From Macrostomum lignano (lineage: Eukaryota), in NCBI GenBank assembly GCA_002269645.1, contig NIVC01003956.1:1-64000 (forward strand): a stretch of 64,000 nt of DNA. The letters run 5' to 3'. This document shows, one piece after another, positions 24,096-36,500 of the stretch. Numbering within the stretch: position 1 is the first letter of the stretch; the number at the start of each line of letters is the position of its first letter. Both the position numbers and the translations under genes were made by a program. The notes under the pieces are model-generated. The model saw nothing but the letters and a program-made list of their open reading frames with translations. It searched no databases and was not told the DNA's origin.

Positions 24096-27082
24096 GAGCC
24101 CGCTGCACGCATTCTCCAGCAACTTTCTCTTCTTTTCCCAGAATTGCAGGTCCTCAAAAACATTTCCCTGTTTTAATTTTATTGCATAACTTATGACTTT
24201 TCGTGTTGTTGCATCATCACTGTTGTTCTGTTTCCTAGCTGAATGTTGTGTCACTGCTGAATCGGTAATACAGTCTTCATGTTGGTCTGTCCTGATTGAA
24301 CTGATTTTTGGAGTTCTGTAAAAAATCATAAAAAACCCACGAGTATGCACTACCTTCGGCTGTGCGATTTATTTTGTAGATGTCGCTGTCAATCGCAGCC
24401 TCGGAAAATCTGATTAACTGCATTGTTGGACAGACTAAATAGAATCAACTGGCCTTGACGCTGGCATGACGTTCAATATAAATGATAAAATCGCATGCAT
24501 AGATTGCCCGCCACTCCAGACTAGAACTCCGAGATCACAGATGACCCGGGATTTGTGGCCAATCCGTCTCGCTCGAGAAAGACGAGTGCGCGATGCCGAG
24601 ATGTACTTGTACTTTTGTGCAGTAGCATCAGTGCTGTATGGTTTGTCGCTGGATACACTTACCGGGAGAGACTTGCTGAAGCGGAATACACACGCAAATT
24701 GCACATTGCTTTTGCTGCATGAACTCTGCTCGGAGTGTCAAATCTTTCAAATAGTTAGCTAACACAGTAAAATTCGACCCACTCAAGAGTGCTTTACATG
24801 AGTGCTCTGTATGTCAGTGCCACATGTACCTAATTGATGTGTTATATATTGTTATATTGTTATATTGATGCAAAATATGAGTTCATTGTACATGTACAGT
24901 AAATATTCGCTTTTGCTGTAGCTATAATGTTATAACGAAAATGAGCAAATTAGCGTAAGGCGTAATTTCATGCAGTTTAAATGTTCAGCCGTAGGAGAAG
25001 CATTGCCTTATTTTTGAGGTTATTTGAAAATATCATTTATTACGCGAATTCATTTAAGATTATAACTATACATGTAAACCCTGTTGTTCGACTCTAGCCA
25101 TGTCTGAGCGCTAAATGGCCGGTCTTAAGTGAATTGAGTTGTTTAACACAAGGTGCTTGTTAATACGAGCTAGGTTTTAATTCGCATCGAAAGCGAGCCT
25201 AGCCTAGGAGGGAGAGGAGCATAGGGAGCAAAATCGCGCTCCGCTCCTCCTTTTATTTAGTCTGGAGTGGCCAGCCCCATGTTAATCCCATGCAGTCCCC
25301 CATTTCTGTTCCCTTCCTGTACGTTATAGGTCTTTTTCCTCATCGGCCTCTTCCGGTCATCTCCTCGTGCAAGGTCCGGGCCTACTCCAAACCGTCCAGG
25401 CCGTCCGGCCGCGGGTCCCTGAGGCTTTTCATATTACCAATTCCAGAATCAGAATCGGTTCGGATCTTCCAAGAAAAACAGCAGTATAACTATTTAATTC
25501 TGTTGAATGTTTGACTGCCTTAACAACCTCACTTAGCACAATTTTTCACTTTCTTCTTGGCGATTGTCATTCAATAATAAAAAACTTTATAGCATGTATC
25601 TTCCTCTAGTTATAGAGACAAAAAGTTATACTTCACAAATTAGTTCTGGTTCTGGAACCAGAACAAGCAATATGAAAAGGCCCCCTCTCACCTTCCTGCC
25701 GTTGCCATGACGGAGTTCGAAACGATCTCGTTTCCTCTGGACTGCGCGGTTCTTCATGGCCAGTTCTTACATGTACTTGCAGTTCAGGCCGGATTTCTCG
25801 CTGCAATATGGCCTTGACTGGGTGGGGCCTTTCTTATCACTCCTGCTAGTGCCCATTGAACCTTCTCCTGTGTCTATTTTTAGCTCTGGCTCATTCGTTG
25901 TCCTTCTCTATCTATCTTTCAGATTTCTAATAACTCCTATATACGTACGAGCTACCAGTAAAATTATTGAATATAATTAATTAATCCGTTTTCTTTTCAG
26001 CAGTCTTCCGACTGGGCTGCAATTTTTTGGCAAAGACCACTGACGTATATATACAAGGTCCTTGGTCTTGGGCTTGAGATCGAGGTTTATATAGTTAGTC
26101 AGCTTTATTTGGGTGCAGAGTCGTACACGAAAAAAATAATCGATGTACTTATTAGTTGTACGTGGTAATATAGTAATAATATAAGGCTTGAGACGACTGC
26201 TGTTAGCAAATTCACTTATCAAAGTTTAGTATCTAGTTCTAGTATGTCTTCTAGTTTTCTTCTAGCTCTAGTACCGCTACAGCGTGTGATATTAATTCAA
26301 AGTATACAGATGTCTCATGGACAAAAATTTAATATTAATAAAACCTCAATGTTTTTAAACTTTTATATTTACTTGTTTAAAAAACAATAAGATATGCTTT
26401 TTATAAATAATTGTTTAAAATGTAATATTTTTTAATACTAATAAAAAAAATGAAAATGTTTTTCGTATGTTTTGCGTATAACGCTGCTCTGGTCTGACCA
26501 GCCTGGACGTGTTATTGGAAGATCCGAATAATTGTCGGTCTTATACTCTTATGAATTTATTTCCCAAATGTCCACTTTAGTAGGACAAGCCTATACTCCG
26601 GCATTTTCCTTTATTTTCATCTCAGAGGACTGCAGCTATGTGAGTCTTTTATCACTTCTGTTTTTGTGTTAAATAGCTTTCCAGCTGTTTGGCACTTATG
26701 CCAATGGCTACACTGTTTAGACTAGGCCCTAGTTATATGCCGGCCTGGACTTCAGGTAGATAAAATAGTTGCAGTTTTGATTTGCAGTTTTGGTTTTTGG
26801 CAATCTTTTACTTTACTGCGTTTAATTATTTTTTGCTTTTCTTTCTCATTTCAGCCAATTTATTGATGGCTGGAAGGCCCTCTGTGCACACTACGATTGA
26901 TAGTGGATTTTAAATTTGAGCTTCATTTTTTGTAGCTCTAAGTTAACCACTGGGTGACTAGGGCATAGAGAAAGGGGGTTTTAAGGGCCTTCTTGAACTT
27001 TAGTAGGTACATTAAAATACTTCCAATTTCCAATTTTTTTGAAACTTTTGCCAGAGTCTTAGAGGCGGTCCAAACTAATAAT

Positions 27083-27502
27083 GGCGCATGACCAAGACCG
27101 CCACATACCAAGACCGCCACAGCTCTTACTGACTATTGGAATTGAGGGGAAGCTACCAATCTTCCAGCATTGCTATTGGTTATGATGGGTTGTGGAGTTA
27201 GATGAGGAGGAAGTGTCCTAAGATTGGTCACTAATAAGATGAATAAGTGGCCCAAAATGATTGCAAGTCAACCAGGGCAATTTTAACAATTCAAATTAAA
27301 TGAAAAAAACAAGGAGCCTGGCTCACTCACCTACCTAGCCAGGCTAGCCTGCTTACCAGTTCCTCTCTCGTGGCCTTGTCTTGCTGGCTCTCCCCATCTC
27401 ACCCCTCCTCAGCCCTATCCAATAACATGGCAAGCCAAATTCCTCCCTCCTATCTCCCCCAAGTGTGGTGGTCTTGGTGTGTGGCAGTCTTGGTCCTACA
27501 CC
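27083..27502. mobile_element. MITE with GG..CC termini and subterminal 16-bp repeats; 8-bp TSD with 1 mismatch (Merlin-like by inference)
   Basis: GGCGCATGACCAAGACCGCCACATACCAAGACCGCCACA versus TGTGGTGGTCTTGGTGTGTGGCAGTCTTGGTCCTACACC. Flanks CTAATAAT / CTGATAAT. Confidence 0.65.
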
Positions 27503-28139
27503 CTGATAATAAAGCAAAAAAAACTGCAAAAAATTACCATCAGAGGTAACAGGAGGTTGATTTGTTAATCTCCTGAGTAACTAGTGTTAATTTGATCCAA
27601 GTAGTTTTGGAGAATTGTGTGCTTGAAAATTGAACTTTTTTTAGAATTATAACTTTTAATGTGAATATTTTCTAACCTTTTATAAATTCATTCTAAAAAA
27701 TATTTAGAATGTTCAAGTTTTATTTCTAAAAATAGTGTCTAGAGACTACTCTAATTTTTCTTCACTCAATTTGTTATAGTGCAGCAAGAGTACTATATCA
27801 ATTTTATTGTTTTAAAAAAATGCTGACTCGCTCACTTTTGCCAAAGTTAAATGCATTCTTTTGTAACAGGCATTTTGGCTCTTTATAAAATTCCACCGAT
27901 ATGCCACCAAAGTTGTAATAGGCCTTTTTCTTCTGTCTTCCAACTAACTTTACTAACTGTCACCAAGTTGTTACAGGGGTTATTCCTATAGTTATCCTGA
28001 TTATACTTGTTTTTACTCCCTAATTATTTCTTAGAATTTCATTTCAATATTTCTAAGTAACATTCTTAGTAGCATTTCTGGTAGCGTTCTGGTAGCTTAT
28101 GGCCTAAGTGGTCTAATACTGGTATATGTATTAGTGAAT

Positions 28140-28480
28140 AGTCCTAATCTGGCGTTACTGGGACTAGAGGGTCATGGCACCTCTTGTAATACTTCTGTGA
28201 ATTATTCCCCAATTCCCTTTCTTAGCAAATCTCTTGGAATTGTTTCTCAGACTTTGCAAATGAATAAGTTGCTATTCAACTCAAAAGGCTTTGAAAGGTT
28301 TAGATTAAATTGCTTATTTTGTTTGCAATCTTGCTCACAGGTAAAATACAGTTGGTTTATTTGCTACAAAATTGCTCTTATATATATAGTGGTTTCCCCC
28401 CATATGATTAAAACAAAAAAAATAATTCCCCAATTTATTTTGCCATAGACATGTTGGCTGGTGTATGCTTTTTCTATGGG
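28140..28480 (-). pseudogene. Highly decayed non-LTR reverse transcriptase fragment
   Basis: LNLSKPFE (cf. LDLSKAFD) followed at a plausible distance by SITRG (cf. GVPQGS). Many stops. Confidence 0.35.
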
Positions 28481-28719
28481 CTGCCAAAATTTAAGTCACT
28501 TTTGCCAAAGCCAAGCTTGAAAAAGTATATTAACAAAGTATAGACATTGTTAAATAGTTCCCTATCCCATTTCCTATCTGACCCCATTCCTTTCCCTTTT
28601 TATATTTCTTAATAGACAAATAGTTTTAGAAGAAAAAAGCTTTTTTATCTACTTAGTACATTAGTAGGCTTAGACAAATTAACTTTTTTAGAATCATGAC
28701 TTTCAAATATTTATATTTT

Positions 28720-29182
28720 CTACAATTTATTGAATTCATTTTAAAAGAAAATTTAGAAATTAGAATTTTCAATGCAAATTCTCCTGTTATAAGGGTGATT
28801 CCATGTCTAGTAAAATATTCTTAGGTTCCTTTGTAGTTTTATTGATGCATACATAATACAACTGGTAGGTGGGATAAGAATTTTTATAGTCTGATAGTTT
28901 CTGATAATTCTTTTCACGACTTGATGAATTTTCCGTGTTATCAGAAGATTTAAGCTCTAATGCAATCTTTCGCTCAACTTGAACCAGGTCTATCTTTTTT
29001 ACCTTCTCGAATCCAAAATAATTTTCTGCTAAAATTTCATATAGTCTGCTTAGTCTCATTTGAATAACTTTAATCTTGTGTGAAATTATTAACTCTTCTT
29101 AGAAAAGATCATGAAGAATTTGATCATACCCAACCTTATCATCAATTGGTTTCAGAAGGATTTTTCGAATTGTTTGCTCCAT
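28720..29182 (-). pseudogene. Decayed PD-(D/E)xK restriction-endonuclease-like gene (Eco47II-like motif)
   Basis: ATG at 29182: MEQTIRKILLKPIDDKVGYDQILHDLF*EELIISHKIKVIQMRLSRLYEILAENYFGFEKVKKIDLVQVERKIALELKSSDNTENSSSREKNYQKL...LYYVCIN, then a frameshift to GITLITGEFALKIL. Intronless and AT-rich, with a D..ELK core followed by DNTENSSS. Confidence 0.6.
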
Positions 29183-30599
29183 TTTTACTTTAGAAAATTT
29201 AACAAGTACTTATTTGATGACTAGCAAGGACATTGACTTTCTCACTCAGGCCACAACGTAACCTGCGAAAGAATACCCTGGAATATGAAATTCGCCAGGA
29301 TTTTCCAGTAGAGAAGATGGGTGGTAGTTTTGTTATAGCTGACTGAATATCTAAAGCATTTCCTAGAAACAATGGTTTACTGAAGGCCATTTTATATGTA
29401 TAAAATTTACTATTGTTAAATTAAATGACACTTTCATATTCTGTATACCTGAAATTGCATTGAATTGACCTGTGAATACTACTTTTCTCATGGTTTTAGA
29501 GCTGGAATCGTGAAAATTGCACTTTTTCAAAATATTTGAAAATCACAAAAAACCGCTGTTTTCAAACCATTTTCACCTGTTTTTAGTCATTTTTTACTTA
29601 TTTTTAGTGATTTTAAAAATGAGTGAGAAACAATGCGGCAGACTAAAGCTATATCGTTAGGCACATATATAACGTGTAATAAAAGCTTAATATATTAGTA
29701 CCATTGATTTAGTAGTATTAAAACAGTAAGAGGTAATATGATATTAAGGCTGAGCGCAGCTAATTGCTGATCGTCAATGTTATTAATGTAATTATTTTTG
29801 TTATAGTTATTAATTATCCTCCGGGCGTCGGCACTTAGGTGGTACTAATAAGTACATGAGGCCGTTGATTGGGATACAGGCCGCCTTGAACCTACACCGT
29901 ATGTTGTCGAGGGCTTCGAACATTGCCCTTTCTCACTAGGGCCCTCCCGCTCTGCATTTGGCCTCTTGTATCACACTGCGTCTTCTTCATCTTGGCCCTC
30001 CCCACAGGGCCTCTCCTCACTTGGCTGTCTGTCTCTGGTTCCAGCACCACTTGCAATATGATGGCTGAATACCACTCTTCGCCGTACTATTCCCGCACCT
30101 CCATTCGCGTTGGCTCGTACATTAGCGCCTCATCCATTGCTCGCCAGTCATCGAATGTGAAGCCTTGGTACTGGCCAAGTGTCAGTTTTTTTCTCGGACT
30201 TCTCCAGAATTTTGCCGTTGTCCATGAAGAAAATAATGAAGCAAATACCCGTCCTTGCCGGCATGTTTCAAATGTAATGTAATGCTGGAAATATAATGCA
30301 GACTGTGGAAACAACGAATTTTGCAGTCAGAGTGGGAATATACTACATTAAAATTCACGTAAAACGATTGAGTTGTTTTCAAATAATTGAAAAGCGTCTA
30401 GTCGCATGATGAAAATTCGAAGCCCTAAAACACAAACATTTGTAATTAAAAACGAAAAAACAATATTTTGCACCCCTTTCTACTATCGCAAGTAATAAAA
30501 CCAGCTGGAGAATTTCAAAGGGTCATTTTTCAGCTGACTAATCAAATTTTATCAGACTGTCGAAAATTTCAGGTCGCAGGTTCATAAAGTTCCATAATT

Positions 30600-30851
30600 A
30601 AAAATTAACCCTAAACAAACTGACTTCTCGGCAAATGGAACATTTACACAGCGGCAGAAAAGGTTTATTAATTTTTGGATCGTCGGATCTAAACGGACCA
30701 TTGTGAATGAATAACGGACCCACAAAAGTACAATGATGACGAACTTTTTAACCATAAAGAAACTGCAATCCGGCCTTTTAGGGTAATTGAACGCTAAAAT
30801 TAGAATTTTTCTGCCAAAGCCGACGCACCCCTTACAAGAACACTTCGGCAT
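30600..30851 (-). pseudogene. Possible degenerate THAP-domain remnant
   Basis: MPKCSCKGC start and KRPDCSFF resemble the THAP N-terminus. The downstream W and CxxHF motifs are not clearly present. Confidence 0.25.
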
Positions 30852-30859
30852 CCGAAAGA

Positions 30860-31140
30860 CGTCCGCCTGAGCCTATTACACCGGGCTGATCAAGGCCAGT
30901 CTCGGAGGACAAGCAGATGACCATGTCATCTGCGAATGCTGCAGAATTAACCGTCTCCTCACCTGTTGGAAAGGCAAAATTCAGATACAAGCTAGCTAGG
31001 ACCTCATTGACGACAAAATTGAAAAGGATGAGTGATAAAGAGTCACCCTGCTTAACTCCTCTACCTAGCCTGATCTTCTCCCCGAAGACTTCGGTAGTAT
31101 TGTTACTGTAAAGACTTTTAACTAATTGATTAGTAATTCC
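30860..31140 (-). mobile_element. Non-LTR RT fragment (R2/NeSL-like motifs)
   Basis: GRGVKQGDSLSLILFNFVVNEVL...VNSAAFADDMVI: QGD motif plus FADD catalytic motif. Confidence 0.75.
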
Positions 31141-31149
31141 GGTATTCCT

Positions 31150-31290
31150 AGTCTCGCAGGTCATCATACTCGGGTAGCTTCTTCAACGCGTTGTCGATTG
31201 GGAGTCAGAAGTCACAGCCAAACAACAGGTAGTGCGGCGTGAAACCTGTCACCAGGTGTACACTGGAGCGGAGAGCCATCAGGCAGGCTG
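31150..31290 (-). mobile_element. Gypsy integrase C-terminal fragment abutting the RT fragment
   Basis: ALRSSVHLVTGFTPHYLLFG..LPIDNAL parallels ALRSAVNRTTGFSPHYVIYG..YPIDNTL in the 48570-49538 integrase. Confidence 0.65.
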
Positions 31291-32393
31291 GGAGGAAGGT
31301 AGATTCATGGATTCATTCTTTAGGAATTTGACCCTTTAAAAATCGAGTAGAATTTTTGGGAATGCAATAGGTTTCGAGAATCATTTAGCATAGTTTTTGC
31401 ATTTTATCTTACTACTTCTAGTAGTCCGCTTTGTACTGAATTTTGGAGATCTCTACAGCAGCCGTTATTTACACTGCTTAGCAAAATGATTTGCCTAAAT
31501 GCACTTTGTGCAGGACTTTTTCAGGTTGGGCATTTTTTCTTTTCTCAGTTTGTGTTGTCCGCCACAGAATTTGCAGGCCATCCTGGAAGTGTTGGTCGGC
31601 GGTTTTCGGTTCCTTCGTCGGCTGTTTTTCCTCATAGGCGGCATGATGAATGCTTTTTTCATTAGGTGGATTTGTTCCTCAGTGTAAATAAGTTGTGATT
31701 AACAGTCACGATGGATCTTTTCTTATGCAATGATCCGCATTATTTTCTTATGCGGCATAAAACGCTCTTAATTCATTTTTAAATCTTTTCACGGCGGGAA
31801 GCTTTGGAACAGGCTAGAAGTAATATTGTACGAGCTAGATCACACTGATCGATAAACTACTCAAGTATTTGGAAGTAGACTTTTGCAACCAACATTGGAT
31901 ACTTGCCAATTCATTCAAAGTATATCTATAATAACCTACTGAAACTATGTTAGGCAATCGCCTCGGAGATTCTGCAGAGTCATTCTCCGAGTTTCATTTG
32001 GTTATTGAAATGTATCCCACGAATGCAAGGAGCGGAGAATATTGACTAAATTCGCGGAGATTATGAGTATTCTCTGCTCCCCGTATTCGCGGGACGTTTT
32101 GTCTATGGTAGAAGAAAGTGTTCAATCAACCTCACTCTGGCTCAAGGCGGTCTATGGCAGCAGAAGTTACTTAGTGAGAATATCCACTAGCAAAGCACTA
32201 GCGACATTGACAAGGCGTACAGGCAAAGTGGGATACATTCTTATAACCTTGTCAAGTACTTGGATCTATTGCGACCAACTGACCAGGAAACTTGCCAAGT
32301 CATTTAAAGCAGACCATTCTGATAAATTGTCAAATACTTGTGAGTAGGCATTGTGATCAATATTGTCTACTCTTCATGTATCACAAAGTATTA

Positions 32394-33827
32394 TAGCATT
32401 TTGCTAGCTAGTAGAGAATGCGAGCAAGCAATTAAATAATTGATACCAAAATCAATGGATTTTCTTATTGTCTATGGTGAAAGGCATGAGCATTACTGCA
32501 ACCAAATAAATAATGCGGGCACGCAATTGATAAAATCTCAGCGAATTTCTATTGCTCTTCAAACATCAAAGTTCAAAGATCGACAGCTAACCGTGATACT
32601 GTATATTTAATAAGCCAAAAGGTAGTACAAAAAAGTGACTATGTAATATGACGAACCAGAGAAAAAAACTGGTACGCACAACTCAGGGAAAAGTATAAAA
32701 TGAAAATAAAAGATTTTATTCAGTGAAGCTCTCCGATATGACAGAAATCAAACAATGTCCTCTCCAGCGACACGTCTAGGGATGAAGCGGAGTGCATTCC
32801 GAAACCATGCTCCACACTTGGCCGGTGTGATTCTGGAAGTTGCTTCCTCTGCAATTCTCTAAAGAACGAGAATTCGCCACTCGCATTGTGTTGTCTGTGG
32901 AGGCGGATTGTCAAGTTTAAGCTGAATTTGGGGCAGAGACAACTGAGATTTTATTGACGCCTCAGGCCTCAAGCCTCACGCCGATGTGGAATCGAGCACC
33001 GTCCATTATGATGCAGAATTGACCCACATTCTCGTTGACTTCTCTATTGTTGACAGCGTCAAGTAACTCCTCGATGAAAAATTGAAACACGTCTGGCCAA
33101 AAATCTTGTGGTGTACCAGGCCGAGTCCAGATGAGTTTGCTAAGCAGTGTAAATCTCAGCCTAAGCACTTCAGCGTGATCAGATGTTTGTCTAGAGATCT
33201 TGCTAAGTGTGGCCTCGCTCACCTGAAGACCTTCAAACAAATGCTGCAGTGTGCGCTGCAACTCTTTTAGTGTCAGTAATGGATTGGCAACCAGTGAATC
33301 CAGAAGCAGTTGCACGTGCTGGTTTCCTAGCTCTGACGTTCAATCTCCTCGACGGAGTCGATCGCGGCGTCCCGTCAGTTCATAGTGCCGTTGGATTGTA
33401 TACACAGTTTGTGCCTTCCATTAAAAAACCTGGAAATCGGCACAGCACTGTCTCCTCGCTCAAGCGCACTCACTACCAGTTCATATTTTTCACATCTTGT
33501 CCATTCATATCCAGTTAATATCTTGGCGTATGGACCCCGTGCGGTTGCCGCCTGAACTGGTTCTCCAGGAGCGTTCTCCGCGGTGACAAAACTCTCTCCA
33601 TCCTCCTCCACATTTTCGTCATCCTCGATTTTGATTGCGTCCATTTCGAGCTGCTATCGAGATCAGTTCACATAAGAACTGAGAAAATTTATCAATTGCG
33701 TGCTCGCATTATTTTTTGGTTGCAGGAATGCCCATAGCTTTGAACATAGACTATAAAAAATTCCACTGACTTTGCTATCGATTATTTAATTGCTTGCTCG
33801 CGTTCTCTACTAGCTTGCAAAATGCTA
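32394..33827 (-). mobile_element. Degenerate Tc1/IS630-type transposon with about 150-bp TIRs
   Basis: Inverted TAGCATTTTGC(T/A)AGCTAGTAGAGAA.GCGAGCAAGCAATTAAATAAT...GCACGCAATTGATAAA at about 32394-32541 and 33679-33827, with TA flanks. Remnants NPLLTLKELQ..VSEATLSK and CIIMDGARFH. Confidence 0.75.
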
Positions 33828-33828
33828 T

Positions 33829-34880
33829 ATATATATTGTCCCATGACTGAGCGTGCGTTTTTGGTCCAAAAAGCGTGCATTAATCTTTCAGGCTATGGCC
33901 CAACCCTATGCGGCGTAGCCAAAAAAGCGTGCAGATAATTAAAAAAGCGTGCAGATGATGAAGTAGAAGACGACGTTGTAGTACGTCTTATGCAGAAGGA
34001 GAGCGGGAGTGCTACGGTCGAAGTAGTCACCCAGTTTCTGTAGGTCCGATGGCTCCATGGCCTGGAAGTGGTCCACGCGGCCACCGCAGGCAAAGAAAAG
34101 ACGCCCACCGGCCTTCAGCATTTGATTTGCAGAGTAGAATTGACCATCGGAAATGATGTTGATGCCCCGGTTCTTCATCAGGTAGCGGAACAAGGCAGCG
34201 CTAATGCACACGAGGCTGCTAGGAGCATACGGCTGGCCATCAGTCTTGCGAAGAGTGCCGTAAAAGTAGCGCAGGCCAACGCTCAGCTCCTCAGGTTGCG
34301 AGGTGTCCAAATTGACGCGCAGGTGCGGATACTTGGCCAAGAAATCGCGAAATTTCGCGACGTATTGAGCCTCATGCTTCTTAGATGATTTTACATCGGT
34401 CTCTTGCTCCAGCACCCGGATTGATGCGTCAAGGTCGATCGAGGCCAAGTCGTCGTTCAAATCAGGGATGGGGTCGAATAGGCGGTTCAGCTCCTCGCTG
34501 TCGTCCACACTAGTTGCTTGGAGACGTAACTGCTCGTCCACAAGCTTCTCAACGTTGGCCCACTCCAAATGGTGGGAAATCTCACCGGCCGTCATGCCAC
34601 TTCTCATGCCGTTAGGAAATAATGAATCCATATGGGGCCAAACTCACGATCAGAAGCTTGTGCATAGCAAGAAATTGTCTATGGTCACAAAGAAAATGTC
34701 TATGGTAGGAACTCCTAGCTGCACGAACAAAAAGCGTGCAGATAATAAAGTACAGTGCTGTGACGAAGAATTTTTTCAACGCACGCTCAGTCATGAGACA
34801 ATATGCCTACTCGTGCGATAATAGTCTATGGCACTCGTGCGCTTTGCGCACTCGAGCCAAGACTATTATCGCACTCGAAA
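33829..34880 (-). mobile_element. Crypton-like (tyrosine-recombinase family) deletion derivative; ORF 33939-34631
   Basis: LRYFYGTLRKTDGQPYAPSSLVCISAALFRYL...IISDGQFYSANQMLK...DLQKL matches the N-terminal half of CryptonA/DUF3504-type proteins. The catalytic half is absent. 27-bp inverted repeats at about 33833-33859 and 34778-34804, and a terminal hairpin at 34813-34874. Confidence 0.7.
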
Positions 34881-35295
34881 GCCTAGTAGTAATCTTACAT
34901 TAACTTTGCGTATTTCGTATTGAAGTAGAATGCTGTTTGCTTCCCGGTTTTACGCACTTAAGTTTACCTTAAGTCTCGGGCCTCTTCTTGGGAAGTCTTC
35001 TTAACTCTTAGTAGCGTAGGCAGTGCTGCCACCAGTTCCTTCAGGTCTCGGCCTTCGGTGAGGTGAGCTTCCCGTCGGAACGAAATAACAAGTCAACAAA
35101 CACAGCACGACGTGCAGATTTGCAGCTCAACGTACAAGGCGTCTCGTCAGCAGCACCTGCCGGGCCTGGGTGGTACAGAGCGGGCTGAGTTAGCCTCTTG
35201 TAGGCTTGGGGTTTGCTTTAGTAGGGTCTCAGACAGACCAATAGCAGAGAACCAAGCAGGTCGCAAAACTTCTTGAAAGCTGAGCCGGTGAAGTT

Positions 35296-36500
35296 TTTGT
35301 TGTTGTTATTTCCGGCCGGTCAGTCCGGGGGGCGGGTTTGAGCCCCGACCTCCTTCAAGAAGTCTATCACCTGCCTGCTGATGTTGCTGAGCGTCTGGAG
35401 GCTCGGGTTTTCGCCGAGGTGCCGTTCTCTGGCCTGTTGGTGAGAGCGGCAAACATTGATCAGGTGCTCCAGGTCCTCATCGGCTTCGCCGCAGTGCGGA
35501 AACGTAGGGCTGTCGGCTTGGCCAATGCGGTGACGGTACTGCTGGAGCAAGGGGAGTGACCAGTTCGGAGTTGGGCGAGGGACAAGGAGTTCCCAGATCG
35601 TACAGCAGCCCGGAGATCGCGCTTTCGCAGGGCCTTGCTGGAAGGAGCGGAGAAGCGCCTGGGAGTCGGTGAGACACCTGATGCGGTCGGGCATGTGATT
35701 GGAGTAGATCCGAAGGACCGCTGCAAGGCCGAGGTGGATGGCTTCCTCTTCGGCCTGGAAGGAGGTAATAATTCCAGCCGGGCCGGTGATCCTGTCCACC
35801 ACGGTGCGGTTCTGGACGATGACGGCTCCGGCGCCGCTGTGGCTGCCGTCCTTGGCCGAGCTATCCGTCCAGATCTCGACGTCCGCAGCTGGGAGTTGGT
35901 CAAGCGTCTTGAGGGCGGCGAGTTTACGGATGTGAGGCGGGTCCTCCCTGCTCGAGTTGGTCTTCGTGTTTCAAGAGATGGACACTTTGGACGTATCAGA
36001 CCAGGGTGGCGGGGCGAGGGTATCCATGGCGCGTGGGGTGTCGATAAGGCCAGCGTCCGTGGAAGCGTTGATAGCCTTACCTCGCCAGTCTTGACGGAAG
36101 GCGCCCTGTCTTCCGTGCGCACGAAGGCGCGGTCGAGTCGGTGTCTTGTTCGCGAGGCGGGAGAGAGGAGTCGGTTGGCGTTGCTGAGCGGCCCTCTTGA
36201 AGAGTTTGGCGGCCGCAGCCTTAGCGAGGGTCGGGAGAGGGAGCATATCGGCTTCAGCAAGAAGAGCGTTGATAGGCGTAGAGCGGCAGCATCCGGTGAT
36301 GACTCTGGCCGCCGAATTGTGGACGGTTTCGACTTCCCTGCAGCAGCTCTCCGAGGCGATGGTCATCCAGGCGCTGGCACCGTAAAGAGCGACTGACTGG
36401 ACGTAGTTCCGGTAGAGCCGGCTCAGCGCTTCGGCGTTTTGGCCCCAGTCGCGGCCCGTTAGGCACCGGAAGCCACGCTGCCGCCTTCACATGGCGGGAC
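35296..36500 (-). mobile_element. 3' part of an RNase H-bearing LINE (I/Ingi-like)
   Basis: LTGRDWG..LYRNYV..AW..AARVITGCCRSTPINALLAEA; RNase H IWTDSS..GAG...SFQAEEEAI...LTDSQ; C-terminal zinc-knuckle remnant (HCG..EDLEHL..C); (CAA)n tail at about 35296-35310. Confidence 0.85.

Noticed and set aside
24435-24762. GC-richer ORFs downstream of EMC10 as exons of another gene
   Set aside because: No recognisable motif or consistent splice pair.
29923-30314. Possible DIRS/Ngaro gag-like fragment (FDDWRAMDEAL)
   Set aside because: Similarity too vague to support a call.
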